A DNA stretch of 64,000 nt from an uncultured delta proteobacterium (GCA_963771175.1 CAVYSY010000011.1:96001-160000); one strand, 5' to 3'. Positions 1 to 15,358 are shown, counted from the first letter of the stretch. The notes: generated by a model not told the origin, from the letters alone. Numbers and translations are program-made.

Positions 1-683
1 GCATTGTCGAAGCCGCGGAGGGTGCGCGCGCGCTCCATGGCCTGTCCGTCGAAGGCGCCGGGGAAGCGGCGGAGCTTCTCGCGTGCCTTGCGCTTGAGGG
101 TGCGCAGGAAGCGCTCGCGGTAGAGGAGCTGGAAGGGGCCGGGCCCATCGAGCGTGTCCGCGCAGGCGCCCAGGTCGTAGGGCGCGCTCATGGCGGCGGC
201 GGCGTCCACGGGCGAGTTGTCCCCTGTCTCCTCCATCAGCCGCAGCAGCACGTTGGCGCCGAGCGAGAAGCCCACCGCGTAGAGGGGGCCGGTGATGCGC
301 GCGCGCAGGTGCTTCATCACCGAGAGCGCGTCGCCGATGTCTCCCGAGTGGTAGGAGCGGGCGAGCCGATTGGGCTCACCGCTGCAGGAGCGGAAGTTGA
401 TGGCGGTGGCGCCCCAGCCGCGCTCGGCGGCGCCGCGGAGGATGGCGGTGATGTAGCCGGAGCGCGAGGAGCCCTCCAGGCCGTGGAGGGACACCACGTG
501 GGGGGCGCCCGGAGGGCCATCGAAGGAGTCGAGGTCGACGAAGTCTCCGTCGGGCAGCTCCCAGCGCTCGCGCTTCAGGGAGGGGACGTGCGTGGGGCGC
601 ACGAGCGTGGCGTAGATGGTCTGCGCGTGAGGCGAGGCGAGGCCGTGCGCGGGAGCGAAGGGCTCGGTGGAGAGGAAGGGCAC
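1..683 (-). CDS. YheT-family alpha/beta hydrolase (3' end runs off the window)
   Basis: Not in ORF track. Manual translation from GTG at 683 gives MPFLSTEPFAPAHGLASPHAQTIYATLVRP...LHGLEGSS...RSYHSGDIGD...AVGFSLGANVLL, which are YheT/ABHD motifs with a GxSxG nucleophile. Confidence 0.85.
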   Translation of the reverse strand, partial: MPFLSTEPFAPAHGLASPHAQTIYATLVRPTHVPSLKRERWELPDGDFVDLDSFDGPPGAPHVVSLHGLEGSSRSGYITAILRGAAERGWGATAINFRSCSGEPNRLARSYHSGDIGDALSVMKHLRARITGPLYAVGFSLGANVLLRLMEETGDNSPVDAAAAMSAPYDLGACADTLDGPGPFQLLYRERFLRTLKRKAREKLRRFPGAFDGQAMERARTLRGFDN

Positions 684-696
684 GGGCCGGGGGATA

Positions 697-987
697 TCAC
701 CCGCGGCGGGCCTTTCGCATGGAGGAACAGCCCTGCTGGCGGACGGCGTCGGCCTCGGCCGTCAGTCCGAAGAGGGCGAGGTACTTCCGGACGCGCTCCT
801 CGAGCGTGGGGGCCTCGATGAGGTGGCAGACGTCATCGGCCTGGTAGTCGCGGCAGACCTGGGGCCGCCGGTCATACACCCCGCACAGGTTGTCGGCGGT
901 GAGGTGGGGGCAGCGCAGGCCGAGGGGCTTGTCGAGGGCGGCGATGTCGGGCGCCACGCAGCAGGCGCCACAGCGGGTGCATTCCAT
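697..987 (-). CDS. YkgJ-family (CxxCxxCC) cysteine-cluster protein
   Basis: MECTRCGACC...CPHL...CGVYDRRPQVCRDY motif; ATG at 987. Confidence 0.85.
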   Translation of the reverse strand: MECTRCGACCVAPDIAALDKPLGLRCPHLTADNLCGVYDRRPQVCRDYQADDVCHLIEAPTLEERVRKYLALFGLTAEADAVRQQGCSSMRKARRG

Positions 988-1006
988 GGGAGGGAGCCTC
1001 ACCGTC

Positions 1007-2140
1007 TCACGGCGAGCGCGCTATGTCGCTCACGGTGCCGAGGTTGCTCACCTGGAGGGAGGCCGACTGGCCGTTCTTCCAGGAGAGGAACTCGGCCTCC
1101 GTCTTGGGCTCGAGCTCGTGGGTCTGCACGCCGTCGTCCTCGTACTGGATGCGGACGAGGTACTTCTCCTCGCGGCGCAGCCGATCCACCCGGCCCATGG
1201 GGAGCTCGGGCCAGCGTGGGGCACTGTCGTTGCCGGACTGCTGGCGGACATCCACTTCCTTCCAGGCGTAGGTGTCGTAGGTGCAGCTCAGGTCGTAGAC
1301 GGGCTCGGAGCGGTAGCGCGTCTGGGTATGGCAGTCCTCATAGGACTCGTCGCAGTACTTGGGGACGTCCTCGCAGACCTCCTTCATGTAGCCGTTGCCC
1401 AGCTGCTGGCGCGTGCACTTCTCCTCGGTGCCGCACTGCTCCTTGCGTGTCTTCGTCTCGCACACGCGCTCGGTGCCGTCGGCCACCTGACGGGTGCCGC
1501 GCTGGCGGCGGGTGCAGTCGCGGATGTTCTCCACGCCGGGCACCTCGCCCTGGCCATTCACGGGCATGCGCGGCGAGGTGGTGGACAGCTCGTCGCGCCA
1601 GCCCGTCTTGCTCACGCGCTGGAAGGACTCGCGGTGCACGGTGCGAGTCCACTCGGTGGCGACCACCTTCCCGGTGACGTCGTGGGTGCGCGTGCCCCAG
1701 ACGCAGCACATGAAGACGGAGAGGAGGCCCATGCCCAGGTAGAGCCACTTGCGACGGGAGCTCTTCGGCGCGGGAGGCGGCGGCGGGGGAGGCGCGTCGG
1801 AGGGCTCGGGCTCGGCGGCGAGGGCGCGCGAGGTGTCGGAGCGCTCGGCGCGGCAGTGGCGGCAGATGGGCGTGTCGCCGCGGTTGGAGGCGCCGCAGTA
1901 GTCGCAGAACCAGTCCGCGCCCGCGTCGGAGGCGGAGAGGGCCTTCTCATCGGTGACGCCCTCGCGCAGGGACTTGCCGGTGGCGGCGTCGACGTCACCG
2001 AACTCGAACTCGGACTCCTTGCCGGTCTCCTCGCGCGGGTTGTTGCAGGAGGGGCAGTTGCGAAGTCGGGCGGGGATGTCCCGGGTATCGCAGGAGGTGC
2101 AGTTCCAGGAGCCCTCGATGATGCGGGTGCGCTTGGCCAT
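1007..2140 (-). CDS. Membrane protein with two N-terminal zinc ribbons (RanBP2-like), a Pro linker, one TM helix and a Cys-rich extracytoplasmic domain
   Basis: WNCTSC..CPSC and WFCDYCGASN-x6-CRHC; poly-Pro; hydrophobic WLYLGMGLLSVFMCCVW; eight Cys in the C-terminal part. Confidence 0.75.
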   Translation of the reverse strand: MAKRTRIIEGSWNCTSCDTRDIPARLRNCPSCNNPREETGKESEFEFGDVDAATGKSLREGVTDEKALSASDAGADWFCDYCGASNRGDTPICRHCRAERSDTSRALAAEPEPSDAPPPPPPPAPKSSRRKWLYLGMGLLSVFMCCVWGTRTHDVTGKVVATEWTRTVHRESFQRVSKTGWRDELSTTSPRMPVNGQGEVPGVENIRDCTRRQRGTRQVADGTERVCETKTRKEQCGTEEKCTRQQLGNGYMKEVCEDVPKYCDESYEDCHTQTRYRSEPVYDLSCTYDTYAWKEVDVRQQSGNDSAPRWPELPMGRVDRLRREEKYLVRIQYEDDGVQTHELEPKTEAEFLSWKNGQSASLQVSNLGTVSDIARSP

Positions 2141-2161
2141 GCGCCCCATCCTAGCGGGTCC

Positions 2162-3115
2162 TCAGACCCAGAGCCCACGCGGCACCGGCGGGAGGGGGGA
2201 CGCGGGCAGGTCCGGGCGGAGGGGCCGCACCATGGGCAAGGAGCCCTGCCGGGCCACGCGGGTGGCGCCCTCCACGAGCGGCAGCAGCGGGGCGAGGCCG
2301 GGCTCCTCCCAGAGCACCACGCGGGAGAGGCCAGAGCGCGAGGCCTCGCGCCGGGCGGCATCGAGGAGCGCGGTGGCCTCCGCGGGCGAGCGGGCATCGA
2401 ACATCAGCACCGTCAGCTCGGCGCTCCGGCCCACGAGTCCCCAGAGGGCGGTGGAGTCGCCCACGGCGGCGCCACACGACGTGGGAAGCGAGCAGCCGAG
2501 GTGCTCGACGTAGATGCGCCCGCGCTCCAGGTGCCAGTCAATCTGCGCTGGCGTGGGCCAGAAGAAGAAGGGGGCGTCGGGGCGGCGCATTCGGGCGAGG
2601 CCCCGGGCCATGTCGGCCTCCCCCAGGAGCACGTCCACGGACTCGCCGGGCTCACCGGGAGCGGGGGAGAGGTGCCAGTCCCAGGCGGGGAGCTCCCGGT
2701 AGCCCGAGCGCGCGTAGATGCGGGGGCCCACGTCGGAGAAGAGGAGGGCGGCGTGCGCACGAGGCTGGCGTTCCAGCTCGGCGGCGAGCAGGTCCATCAA
2801 CCGGGTGGCGTACCCGTGGCCCCGGAGGCGCTCCTCGGTGAAGACGCTGGCGATGGCGAAGCTGTCGCCAGGGAGGAGGGTGCCGTCGGGAGCGCGCAGG
2901 AAGCTGTCGGTGCGGAACGTCTCGCAGGAGGCGAGCACGACGCCATCCCCGGCGCACAGCAGCCAGGTGCGCATGTCCGCGCGGGCCCACGGGTGGGAGC
3001 GCAGGCGCCGCTCCCGGGCGGAGTAGCCCTCGACGGTGAGGAGCGGGCCCCACTCCGCGTAGGTGAGCGCATCGCGCTGGGCCTTCTGTTCGTCGCTGGC
3101 GGGAACGAGGTGCAT
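2162..3115 (-). CDS. GNAT N-acetyltransferase (LYC1-like)
   Basis: IASVFTEERLRGHGYAT acetyl-CoA motif A; LASCETF and LLFSDVGPRIYARSGY. Confidence 0.8.
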   Translation of the reverse strand: MHLVPASDEQKAQRDALTYAEWGPLLTVEGYSARERRLRSHPWARADMRTWLLCAGDGVVLASCETFRTDSFLRAPDGTLLPGDSFAIASVFTEERLRGHGYATRLMDLLAAELERQPRAHAALLFSDVGPRIYARSGYRELPAWDWHLSPAPGEPGESVDVLLGEADMARGLARMRRPDAPFFFWPTPAQIDWHLERGRIYVEHLGCSLPTSCGAAVGDSTALWGLVGRSAELTVLMFDARSPAEATALLDAARREASRSGLSRVVLWEEPGLAPLLPLVEGATRVARQGSLPMVRPLRPDLPASPLPPVPRGLWV

Positions 3116-3127
3116 GGACGTGGCCCC

Positions 3128-3165
3128 AAAAGAAAAGCGGCGCCGGGGGTGAGCCTCGGCGCCGC
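3128..3165 (-). terminator. Rho-independent terminator of the act/cox operon
   Basis: Minus strand reads GCGGCGCCGAGG-CTCA-CCCCCGGCGCCGC then TTTTCTTTT, 25 bp after the subunit IV stop. Confidence 0.8.
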
Positions 3166-3189
3166 GGGAACGTCAGGGATACGCGCTTG

Positions 3190-3615
3190 CTACGGGTGGG
3201 TATCCGGCGCCTTCATCCCGCCGCCGTAGCGGCCGGACTGCTGGATATGCACCGGCCACTCCGTCGGGGTCGAGCCCGACGGCAGACCGGGCCGGAAGCG
3301 GGTGCCGAGGTCGAAGAGCGAGAAGCACAGCAGCAGCACCACGAACAGCAGGGAGGTGCCGAACACCAGCCGGCTGGCACCCTTATGCTCGGACAGGTGC
3401 ATGAAGTAGAGCGCCACCAGACCGCCCTTCACCGAGGCAATCACCAGGGCGAGCGCGAGCCCCCATGTCGGCAGGTGCATGCGACCGGTGAGCACCGTGA
3501 CGACGGTGAGCACCATCAGCACGCCCCAGATCAGGACGTACTTGCCCGGTCCGGAGTGGCGCTCCTCGCGCATCTCCCGCTCTTCCTTGAACGACTCATT
3601 GGCCATCGCGGACAT
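3190..3615 (-). CDS. ctaF: Cytochrome c oxidase subunit IV (caa3-type)
   Basis: Three TM helices with ASVKGGLVALYFMHL; last gene of the cox operon. Confidence 0.85.
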   Translation of the reverse strand: MSAMANESFKEEREMREERHSGPGKYVLIWGVLMVLTVVTVLTGRMHLPTWGLALALVIASVKGGLVALYFMHLSEHKGASRLVFGTSLLFVVLLLCFSLFDLGTRFRPGLPSGSTPTEWPVHIQQSGRYGGGMKAPDTHP

Positions 3616-3630
3616 GTGCGGAGGGCTCCC

Positions 3631-4282
3631 TTAGATGAGGTACAGCATGGGGAAGAGGAAGATCCACACCAGGTCCACGAGGTGCCAGTACATGCTGCCC
3701 AGCTCGACCGCGGTGTAGTTGTGGTAGCTGAACTCGTTCCTCATCGCCTTGGTGGTCACCCACGCCAGGATCGCCATCCCGATGATGACGTGGAAGGCGT
3801 GCAGGCCGGTCGAAAGGAAGTAGACGGTGAAGTACAGCGACACGCCGGGGAGCTGGATGCCCTGGTAGGTGTAGTACTGGCCGGGCAGCTGTCCCTCGTG
3901 GAACTTGTGGGCGTACTCGAAGTACTTGATGGCGAGGAAGCCCATGGCCATGAGGATGGTGAGCACGAACATCACCACCACCATCTTGTTCTTCGCCTCC
4001 TTCGCGTAGTGCACCGCCATGGCGGCGGTGAACGAGGAGGTGATGAGCACCAGGGTGTTGATGGTGCCCATCGTCAGGTCCAGGTGACGGCTGGCCGCGG
4101 CGAACGCATCCGGGAAGAGGAAGCGGTAGCTCGCGTAGCAGACGAACAGGCCCGCGAAGAGCAGGATTTCCGTGGCCAGGAACAGCCACATTCCGAGCCG
4201 CGCCGCGTGGTGCTGCACCTCGAGCGAGGCGAAGTGCGCCGCCACCTGCGGCATGGGAGGAGCGCCGGCCGTACCGGCGGAG

Positions 4283-4293
<11 letters not shown>
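3631..4293 (-). CDS. coxC: Cytochrome c oxidase subunit III
   Basis: GMWLFLATE, TGLHAFHV, YWHLVDLVWIFLFPMLYL. Confidence 0.95.
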
Positions 4294-5939
<1,646 letters not shown>

Positions 5940-5956
<17 letters not shown>

Positions 5957-6989
5957 AGACAGGTCCTTGAGAGGAAGCGCCCGTGCGGATGTCCGGGGTG
6001 CGCAAGGTCTTGATGTACTCGACGATGGCCGCCGTCTGGGGCCCCGTCAGCTTGCCCTGGAAGGTGGGCATGACGTTGGGGAAGCCCGCGGCGATGTGGG
6101 CTCCCGGGTCCATCATGGACTGGGTGATGTAGGCCTCGTCCACCCGCAGGCTCAAACCCTCCTGCGTGGTCTGCTGCTTGCCGTAGACACCCATGAAGGT
6201 GGGCCCGATGTGCGGCTCGCCATTGACGGTGTGGCACTTGAAGCAGCCCACCTCGGACGCCACCTTCTGGCCCTGCTCGGCCATTCGGGCGGTGTGGGGC
6301 ACCAGGCTCAGGTCCGCCAGCGCGTCCTGGCGGTTCTGCAGGTTGCCCTTGCGCTGCTCCTTCACCCACGCGTCCCACTCCTCGGGGGCGAGCACGACGA
6401 CCTCGCCCAGCATCTTGGAGTGCGACAGGCCACAGTACTCCGTGCACAGAATCTGGTACGTGCCCGGCTTGGTGGCCTCGAACCAGATCTGGTTGTAGCG
6501 GCCCGGCACCGCGTCAATCTTGATGCGGAAGGCCGGCACGAAGAAGGAGTGGATGACGTCGCGCGAGGTGACGAGCAGGCGCACCGGGCGGTTCGCCGGC
6601 ACGTGCAGCACGTTCACCCCGTTGGGGCCCTCCGGATAGGAGAACTTCCACATCCACTGCTTGCCCATGACGTAGACGTCCATCGCGTCCTTGGGCGGCG
6701 TGACGACGAACACGAAGTCCCGGAAGCCGATGACGAACCACGTCAGGAAGAAGATCAGCGGCAGCGAGACGAAGAGAAACTCCGCCTTCACCGACGGCAC
6801 CACGTATTCGGTAGTCTGAGCGGGCGTGCGCCGACGGTAGCGGAAGAAAAAGAAGACCGCTGCAGTGCCGACGGCGAACGACATGAGCATCGTCACGCCA
6901 ACGACGAAATAGTGCAGATGGTCCACTCGTTCCGCGAAGGTCGACGCGCGCTCCGGGAGGAACAGGATTTTGTTCATCAACTCGTTCAT
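5940..6989 (-). CDS. coxB: Cytochrome c oxidase subunit II with C-terminal cytochrome c (caa3)
   Basis: CuA ligands DVIHSF and CTEYCGLSHSKM; C-terminal CFKCH heme c motif. Confidence 0.95.
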
Positions 6990-7858
6990 GCTGCGGCGCC
7001 TTTCTTCAGCTCACGCCTCCAGTAGTAGGCGAGCATGGTCGCGAGCGCGCAGAACACCATGAGCGCGCCCAGCCGGAGGAATCCAAAGATGTAGAAGCCG
7101 TACCGCCGGGTGGCGGTGTCATACTTGAAGCACGTCAGAACGACACGATCGAAACTCGTGCCCACCCTGCCATTCGCCGCCTCCAGCAGGGCCAGCTTCA
7201 TGTCCTGAGGCCGGAAGGACGTCCCATAGAGGTAGCGCGACATGGCGCCCTCCGGGGTGACGACATGCACCACGGCGGGATGCACGTACTGCCGGGTGCT
7301 CGTATCGTAGGTGTACTTGAAGCCCACCGCGTCCGCGACCTGGCGGATGTTCTCCTCGGTCCCGGTGAGGAAGTGCCAGGGCGCCGTCTCCGGCTGACCC
7401 ATGGACTGGAGGTGACGCCGCCGCCGCTCGAGGCTCTGCGCCGGCGTGTCCTTCGGGTCGATGCTGATGGTGACCGCCTCGTAGTCCTTGCCCAGAGCCA
7501 ACCCCAGCTCGCGCATGGTGCGGATCTGCTCGTTGATGACGAGGTTACAGAGCAGCGGGCAGTTGTAATACACGAGCGTCAGCAGCACCGGCCTGGTCCG
7601 CGGCAGCACGTCGCGCAGGCGCACGGGCTTGCCGAAGGCGTCGGTGAACTGCGCCTCCAGCGGGACCAGCTCCCCGAGGTGCTCCACCACGTCCACGCCG
7701 CGGACCTGCGGCGGGGCGTCGGACTGCGCCTCGATGATGGCTCTGGGCGTCTTGCCCCCGCCCGGGAGGGCCTGGGCTGGCAGCCCGGCGACCAGTGCCA
7801 GGAGCAGCGCGGCCATCCCGGCGCGCGAGGTGAACGGAGAGGAGGGGTGGGTGTACAT
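6986..7858 (-). CDS. SCO-family copper chaperone
   Basis: YYNCPLLC (CxxxC), YVHPA His ligand, signal peptide and C-terminal TM; lies between act and cox genes. Confidence 0.9.
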   Translation of the reverse strand: MYTHPSSPFTSRAGMAALLLALVAGLPAQALPGGGKTPRAIIEAQSDAPPQVRGVDVVEHLGELVPLEAQFTDAFGKPVRLRDVLPRTRPVLLTLVYYNCPLLCNLVINEQIRTMRELGLALGKDYEAVTISIDPKDTPAQSLERRRRHLQSMGQPETAPWHFLTGTEENIRQVADAVGFKYTYDTSTRQYVHPAVVHVVTPEGAMSRYLYGTSFRPQDMKLALLEAANGRVGTSFDRVVLTCFKYDTATRRYGFYIFGFLRLGALMVFCALATMLAYYWRRELKKGAAA

Positions 7859-7881
7859 CGCGCTTCTTTTCTACCGCGGAA

Positions 7882-8370
7882 CTACTGCCGCTCGGGGGCC
7901 GGCTGCTGCGGCTCGTTGGTGGGGGGAGGGGGAGGGGCCTGCTCCTGCTGACGGGTGCTCGCCTGGGCGGCGATGACCTCGTCCATGGCGGCGGAGATGG
8001 TGGGCCGGGCCACCACGCCCGGCTCTCCCGCCCAGCCGTTCTGCAGCGCCTGCTCGTGGGAGCGGATCTTCTCCACGGCATGCGTGTCCACCTGGAACAT
8101 CCGCTGGTTCACGATGCCAATCTCATAGGCCGTCTTGTGGTCCTTGTCCGGCGTGATGAGGGCCGGGATGGGGGCGGGCCCCTCCGGCACCAGCTCGTTC
8201 GTCGTGGCGATCTGCAGCCGCCAGGCCCAGACTCCGCCGACGAAGAAGACGGCCAGGGCGATGACGCCCACCTGGACGACCTTCCCGGTGAGGATGTGGT
8301 CCTCTTCCGCGGCCACCCCATGCGCGCCACGGATGACGCGCGACTCGAGCTCCGACTCGGTCTTCTTCAT
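7882..8370 (-). CDS. actG: Alternative complex III small subunit (ActG-like)
   Basis: Single TM and position between actF and SCO; C-terminal GW...ISAAM resembles ActG. The assignment is mostly positional. Confidence 0.55.
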   Translation of the reverse strand: MKKTESELESRVIRGAHGVAAEEDHILTGKVVQVGVIALAVFFVGGVWAWRLQIATTNELVPEGPAPIPALITPDKDHKTAYEIGIVNQRMFQVDTHAVEKIRSHEQALQNGWAGEPGVVARPTISAAMDEVIAAQASTRQQEQAPPPPPTNEPQQPAPERQ

Positions 8371-9578
8371 GGCTGCACGTACCTCAGCGCCTCAGAGATG
8401 TAGGGGTCCTTCACCGGCAGCGTGTAGCGACCGCGCGCCAGGAAGATGGCTCCGGCCACCGACAGCCCGCCCACGCCCACGAAGGCCGTGAGGAGCGTCC
8501 AGTGGAACGAGGGGCCCTGCGGGGAGTACGCCGGCCAGATGAGCCAGTACAGGTCCACCGCGTGCATGGCGAGCAGGTAGACGGCCACCACCGCCAGCAG
8601 GCGCGGCTTGAGCTTCAGGTTGCGCGACAGCAGGGTGAAGAAGGGCACCGCGAAGCCCATGACGAAGAGCGCGATGGACAGCGGCCTCCAGGCGCCCTCG
8701 ATGCGCAGCTTGAACCAGCCGGCCTCCTCCGGGATGTTGGCGATCCAGATGAGGAGGAACTGGGAGAAGGCGATGTAGGCCCAGAAGGACGTGAAGGCCA
8801 GCATGAGCTTACCCAGGTTGTGGTAGTGCGCCGTCGTCACCAAGGTGCCGTACTCGTTCTTGCCCTGCGCGTTGACCGTGGCGACCGTCAGCACGCAGAA
8901 CGCCGCCAGGAAGCTGCCGGCGAAGTAATAGACGCCGAAGATGGTGGACTGCCAGAGCGGCGTGAGCGTCATCAGCCAGTCGAAACCAGCAAAAGTAATG
9001 GTCAGCGCAAGGAACGGCAGCGCCCCGGGGGAGAAGCGACGCTGCTTGACAGTCAGCTCCAGCGCGCCGCTGGTGTCCTGCTCGGTGCTCCATCCGCGCA
9101 GCCGGAACGCCACGAAGCTCCACACCGCGAAGTAGATGGCCTGACGGATGTAGAAGAAAGTCAGGTTGAGGTAGGGGTGCTTGTGGTGCAGGTGGTGCAG
9201 CTCCACCTCGGTGAACTTCACGCCCTCCGTGCCGGGGAACACCCAGGCGGCCGTGTCCACCCACGGGAAGATGTGCTTCGCCCCGAGGACGATGGGCAGC
9301 ACCAGGGGGATGAAGACGACCACGCTGACGCCCATGGTCTCCATGGAGCGGCGGACGACGGTGACCCACTTGGCCTTGGCCGTGTGGAAGATGGCCACCA
9401 TGATGATGGAGGCCACCGAGATACCCACCCAGTAGGTGAAGGCGAGCAGGTAGCTGAACAGCGCCGGCTGGGGAGCGGTGAAGAAGCCCACGAGGGTCAG
9501 CACCAGGCCAATGACGCCCACCGCTCCAGCGAGCGTCATCGTCTTCGCGCCGCCGTTGAAACGATCCACGGCAATCAT
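8367..9578 (-). CDS. actF: Alternative complex III membrane subunit ActF
   Basis: Start MIAVDRF at 9578; about 10 TM; FDWLMTLTPLWQSTIFG, HNLGKLMLAF, FSQFLLIWIANIPEE. Confidence 0.9.
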   Translation of the reverse strand: MIAVDRFNGGAKTMTLAGAVGVIGLVLTLVGFFTAPQPALFSYLLAFTYWVGISVASIIMVAIFHTAKAKWVTVVRRSMETMGVSVVVFIPLVLPIVLGAKHIFPWVDTAAWVFPGTEGVKFTEVELHHLHHKHPYLNLTFFYIRQAIYFAVWSFVAFRLRGWSTEQDTSGALELTVKQRRFSPGALPFLALTITFAGFDWLMTLTPLWQSTIFGVYYFAGSFLAAFCVLTVATVNAQGKNEYGTLVTTAHYHNLGKLMLAFTSFWAYIAFSQFLLIWIANIPEEAGWFKLRIEGAWRPLSIALFVMGFAVPFFTLLSRNLKLKPRLLAVVAVYLLAMHAVDLYWLIWPAYSPQGPSFHWTLLTAFVGVGGLSVAGAIFLARGRYTLPVKDPYISEALRYVQP

Positions 9579-10138
9579 CGGTTCTCCTGCGGAACAGGCT
9601 GCTGGCCGGCCACCTGAGAGGTGCGGGCACGCTGCAGCGCACGGACGTAGGCCACCACGGCCCACCGCTCCTGGATGTTGAGCTCGCCGGCGAAGGACGG
9701 CATCACGCCGTAGCCCTCGGTCATGGCGACGAAGAAGTGCCCGTCCGGCTTGTTGGCGATCTGCACCAGCGAGGGAGGCAGGCGCAGGGCCATGTTCTCC
9801 GCCACCACGCTGTTGCCGTCGCCGAGCCGGCCGTGGCACTGCGAGCAGATGATGTTGTACTGCTTCTGGCCTTCCTCGAGCACCTGACGGTTGAGCTCGA
9901 GCGGGATGGCGGTGACGAGCGCGCCGTTGACGCGACCCGTGGTGAGGCCGGGGTTGCCCACCGGGCGCTCACGCGGGACGGTGCCCTCGGGCGGGGTGCG
10001 CATGGCCTTGCCATCCGCCCAGAACTCGCTCGTCTCGTAGTACTCGTATTTGGCCTGTCCCTCCATGCGCTGGAGGAACTCGGACGAAACGTTGCAACCG
10101 ACCAGGGCGAGCCCGGCGGCGGGGATGAGCCACCTCAT
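9575..10138 (-). CDS. actE: Alternative complex III monoheme cytochrome c lipoprotein ActE
   Basis: Start MRWLIPAAGLALVGC (lipobox) at 10138; CSQCH heme motif; GYGVMPSF; ERWAVVAYVRALQ. Confidence 0.9.
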   Translation of the reverse strand: MRWLIPAAGLALVGCNVSSEFLQRMEGQAKYEYYETSEFWADGKAMRTPPEGTVPRERPVGNPGLTTGRVNGALVTAIPLELNRQVLEEGQKQYNIICSQCHGRLGDGNSVVAENMALRLPPSLVQIANKPDGHFFVAMTEGYGVMPSFAGELNIQERWAVVAYVRALQRARTSQVAGQQPVPQENR

Positions 10139-10689
10139 TCCTTCTCTCCGGTGACGACGGTCACATGGGTCGCGCCCAGTGCCTTGAGCTGGTCCGTGAT
10201 GTCTTCGGCCTTGGCGGTGGTGAGCGCCTTGGGGATGCTCAGCCAGTAGCCGTGCGTGGAGGCGCTGCGGAACTCCTCGCTCTCGAAGACCGGGTGGTAC
10301 GGCTGGGGCAGACGGCTGAGCCCCAGCAGACCGAAGAAGATGCCAAATGCCGTGAGCAGCACCGCGAGCTCGAAGGTGATGGGCACCCAGGCCGGCAGGC
10401 TGAACGTCGGACGACCACCGATGTTGAGCGGGTAGTCGATGGTGTTCATGTACGTCTGGAAGGCCAGCGCGGTGACGATGCCCGTCAGCGCGCCACCGAG
10501 GGCGATGAAGGGCACTCGCGAGGGCGGAAGACCCAGCGCCTCGGACCCGCCGTGCAGCGGGTAGGGCGAATAGGTGTCCATCCCCTCGTAGCCCTTCTCC
10601 CGCATCTGGCGGGTGGCATCCACCAGGGCGTCGGGAGTGGCGAACTCGGCGAGCACCCAGCTCTCCAGAACCTTGATTTCGGCGGACAT
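10135..10689 (-). CDS. actD: Alternative complex III subunit ActD (DUF3341)
   Basis: DTYSPYPLHG, DYPLNIGGRP, PITFELAVL. Confidence 0.9.
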   Translation of the reverse strand: MSAEIKVLESWVLAEFATPDALVDATRQMREKGYEGMDTYSPYPLHGGSEALGLPPSRVPFIALGGALTGIVTALAFQTYMNTIDYPLNIGGRPTFSLPAWVPITFELAVLLTAFGIFFGLLGLSRLPQPYHPVFESEEFRSASTHGYWLSIPKALTTAKAEDITDQLKALGATHVTVVTGEKE

Positions 10690-10692
10690 GGT

Positions 10693-12134
10693 TCAGTGCG
10701 CTCCGTGGGTAAGGGTCCCGGCGGCGGCCGTCTCGGCGCCGTGGCCGGCGTGGTGCGCGGCGTGCTTGAGCTCGAGCTGGAGCTCCTTCACCTCGCTCAC
10801 CGCGACAGCGGGGACGAACTTGAGGAAGAGCAGGAACAGCGTGCCGAACAGGCCCAGCGTGCCCACGTAGATGGACCAGTCCACCCAGGTCGGGCTGTAC
10901 AGGTCCCACGAGGAGGGCAGGAAGTCCTGCGTCAGCGACGTCACGATGATGATGAAGCGCTCGCACCACATGCCGATGTTCACCAGGATGGACGCCACCC
11001 ACATGATGGGGATGCTGGTCCGGCACTTCTTGAACCAGAAGATGTTCGGCGTGATGACGTTGCAGGCGATCATCAGCCAGTAGACCCCGGCGTACGGACC
11101 GCGCGCGCGGTTCACGTAGAAGGTCCAGATTTCGTACTCGCTGCCGGAGTACCAGGCGATGAAGTGCTCCATCAGGTACCCGTAGGACACGATGAGGCCC
11201 GTCGCCAGAATCACCTTGTTCATGTTCTCCAGGTGGCGGTCGGTGATGACGTCCCGGAGCTTGAGGTACTTGCGGGCGGGAACGATGAGCGTGATCACCA
11301 TCGCGAAGCCGCTGAACACGGCGCCGGCCACGAAGTAGGGCGGGAAGATGGTGGCGTGCCAGCCGGGGATGAGCGAGGTGGCGAAGTCGAAGGACACGAT
11401 CGTGTGCACGCTGACCACGAGCGGGGTGGAGATACCCGCCAGCAGCAGGTAGCCGATCTTGTAGTTGTGCCAGTGACGACCGGAGCCGCGCCAGCCGAGG
11501 GCGAAGAGGCCGTAGATGGTGCGCTGCAGCTTGCCCTTGGACGAGTCACGCAGGGCCGCCAGGTCCGGGATGAGACCCACGTACCAGAAGAGGGCGGACA
11601 CGGTGAGGTACGTGGAGATGGCGAACACGTCCCAGACGAGCGGCGAGCGGAACTGCGGCCAGGCGCCCAGGGTGCAGGGGTAGGGGAAGAGCCAGAAGGC
11701 GAACCAGGGACGGCCCGTGTGCAGCAGCGGGAAGAGACCCGCGCAGCACGACGGCGAAGAGCGTCATGGCCTCGGCGAAGCGGTTGATGCTCGTGCGCCA
11801 CTTCTGCTGGAAGAGCAGGAGGATGGCGGAGATGAGCGTACCGGCGTGACCGATACCGACCCACCAGACGAAGTTGATGATGTCGAAGGCCCAGCCGTTG
11901 GGCTGGTTGTTGCCCCACACGCCGATGCCGCTTGGCGAGCGTGTAGGTCACGCCCAGGACCAGCAGGCCGAGGGCGGACAGGGCCAGGCCGAACAGCATG
12001 AACCAGCCCTTACCGGGCTTGGCCCACACGTGGTCGAGCAGGGTCTCGTTGAGCGACTTGTCGTCGTGGTGCGGCGCGACGAGGGGCCGGGGCTCGAGCG
12101 GGTCGAGCGCGACGGCGTTAGCGGTCTCGGCCAT
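10693..12134 (-). CDS. actC: Alternative complex III quinol-binding subunit ActC (NrfD family); frameshifted near 11930 and 11745
   Basis: Fragments across frames: MAETANA..., [25 protein letters not shown]...[28 protein letters not shown]...[14 protein letters not shown]. Confidence 0.9.
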
Positions 12135-12137
12135 GGC

Positions 12138-15358
<3,221 letters not shown>

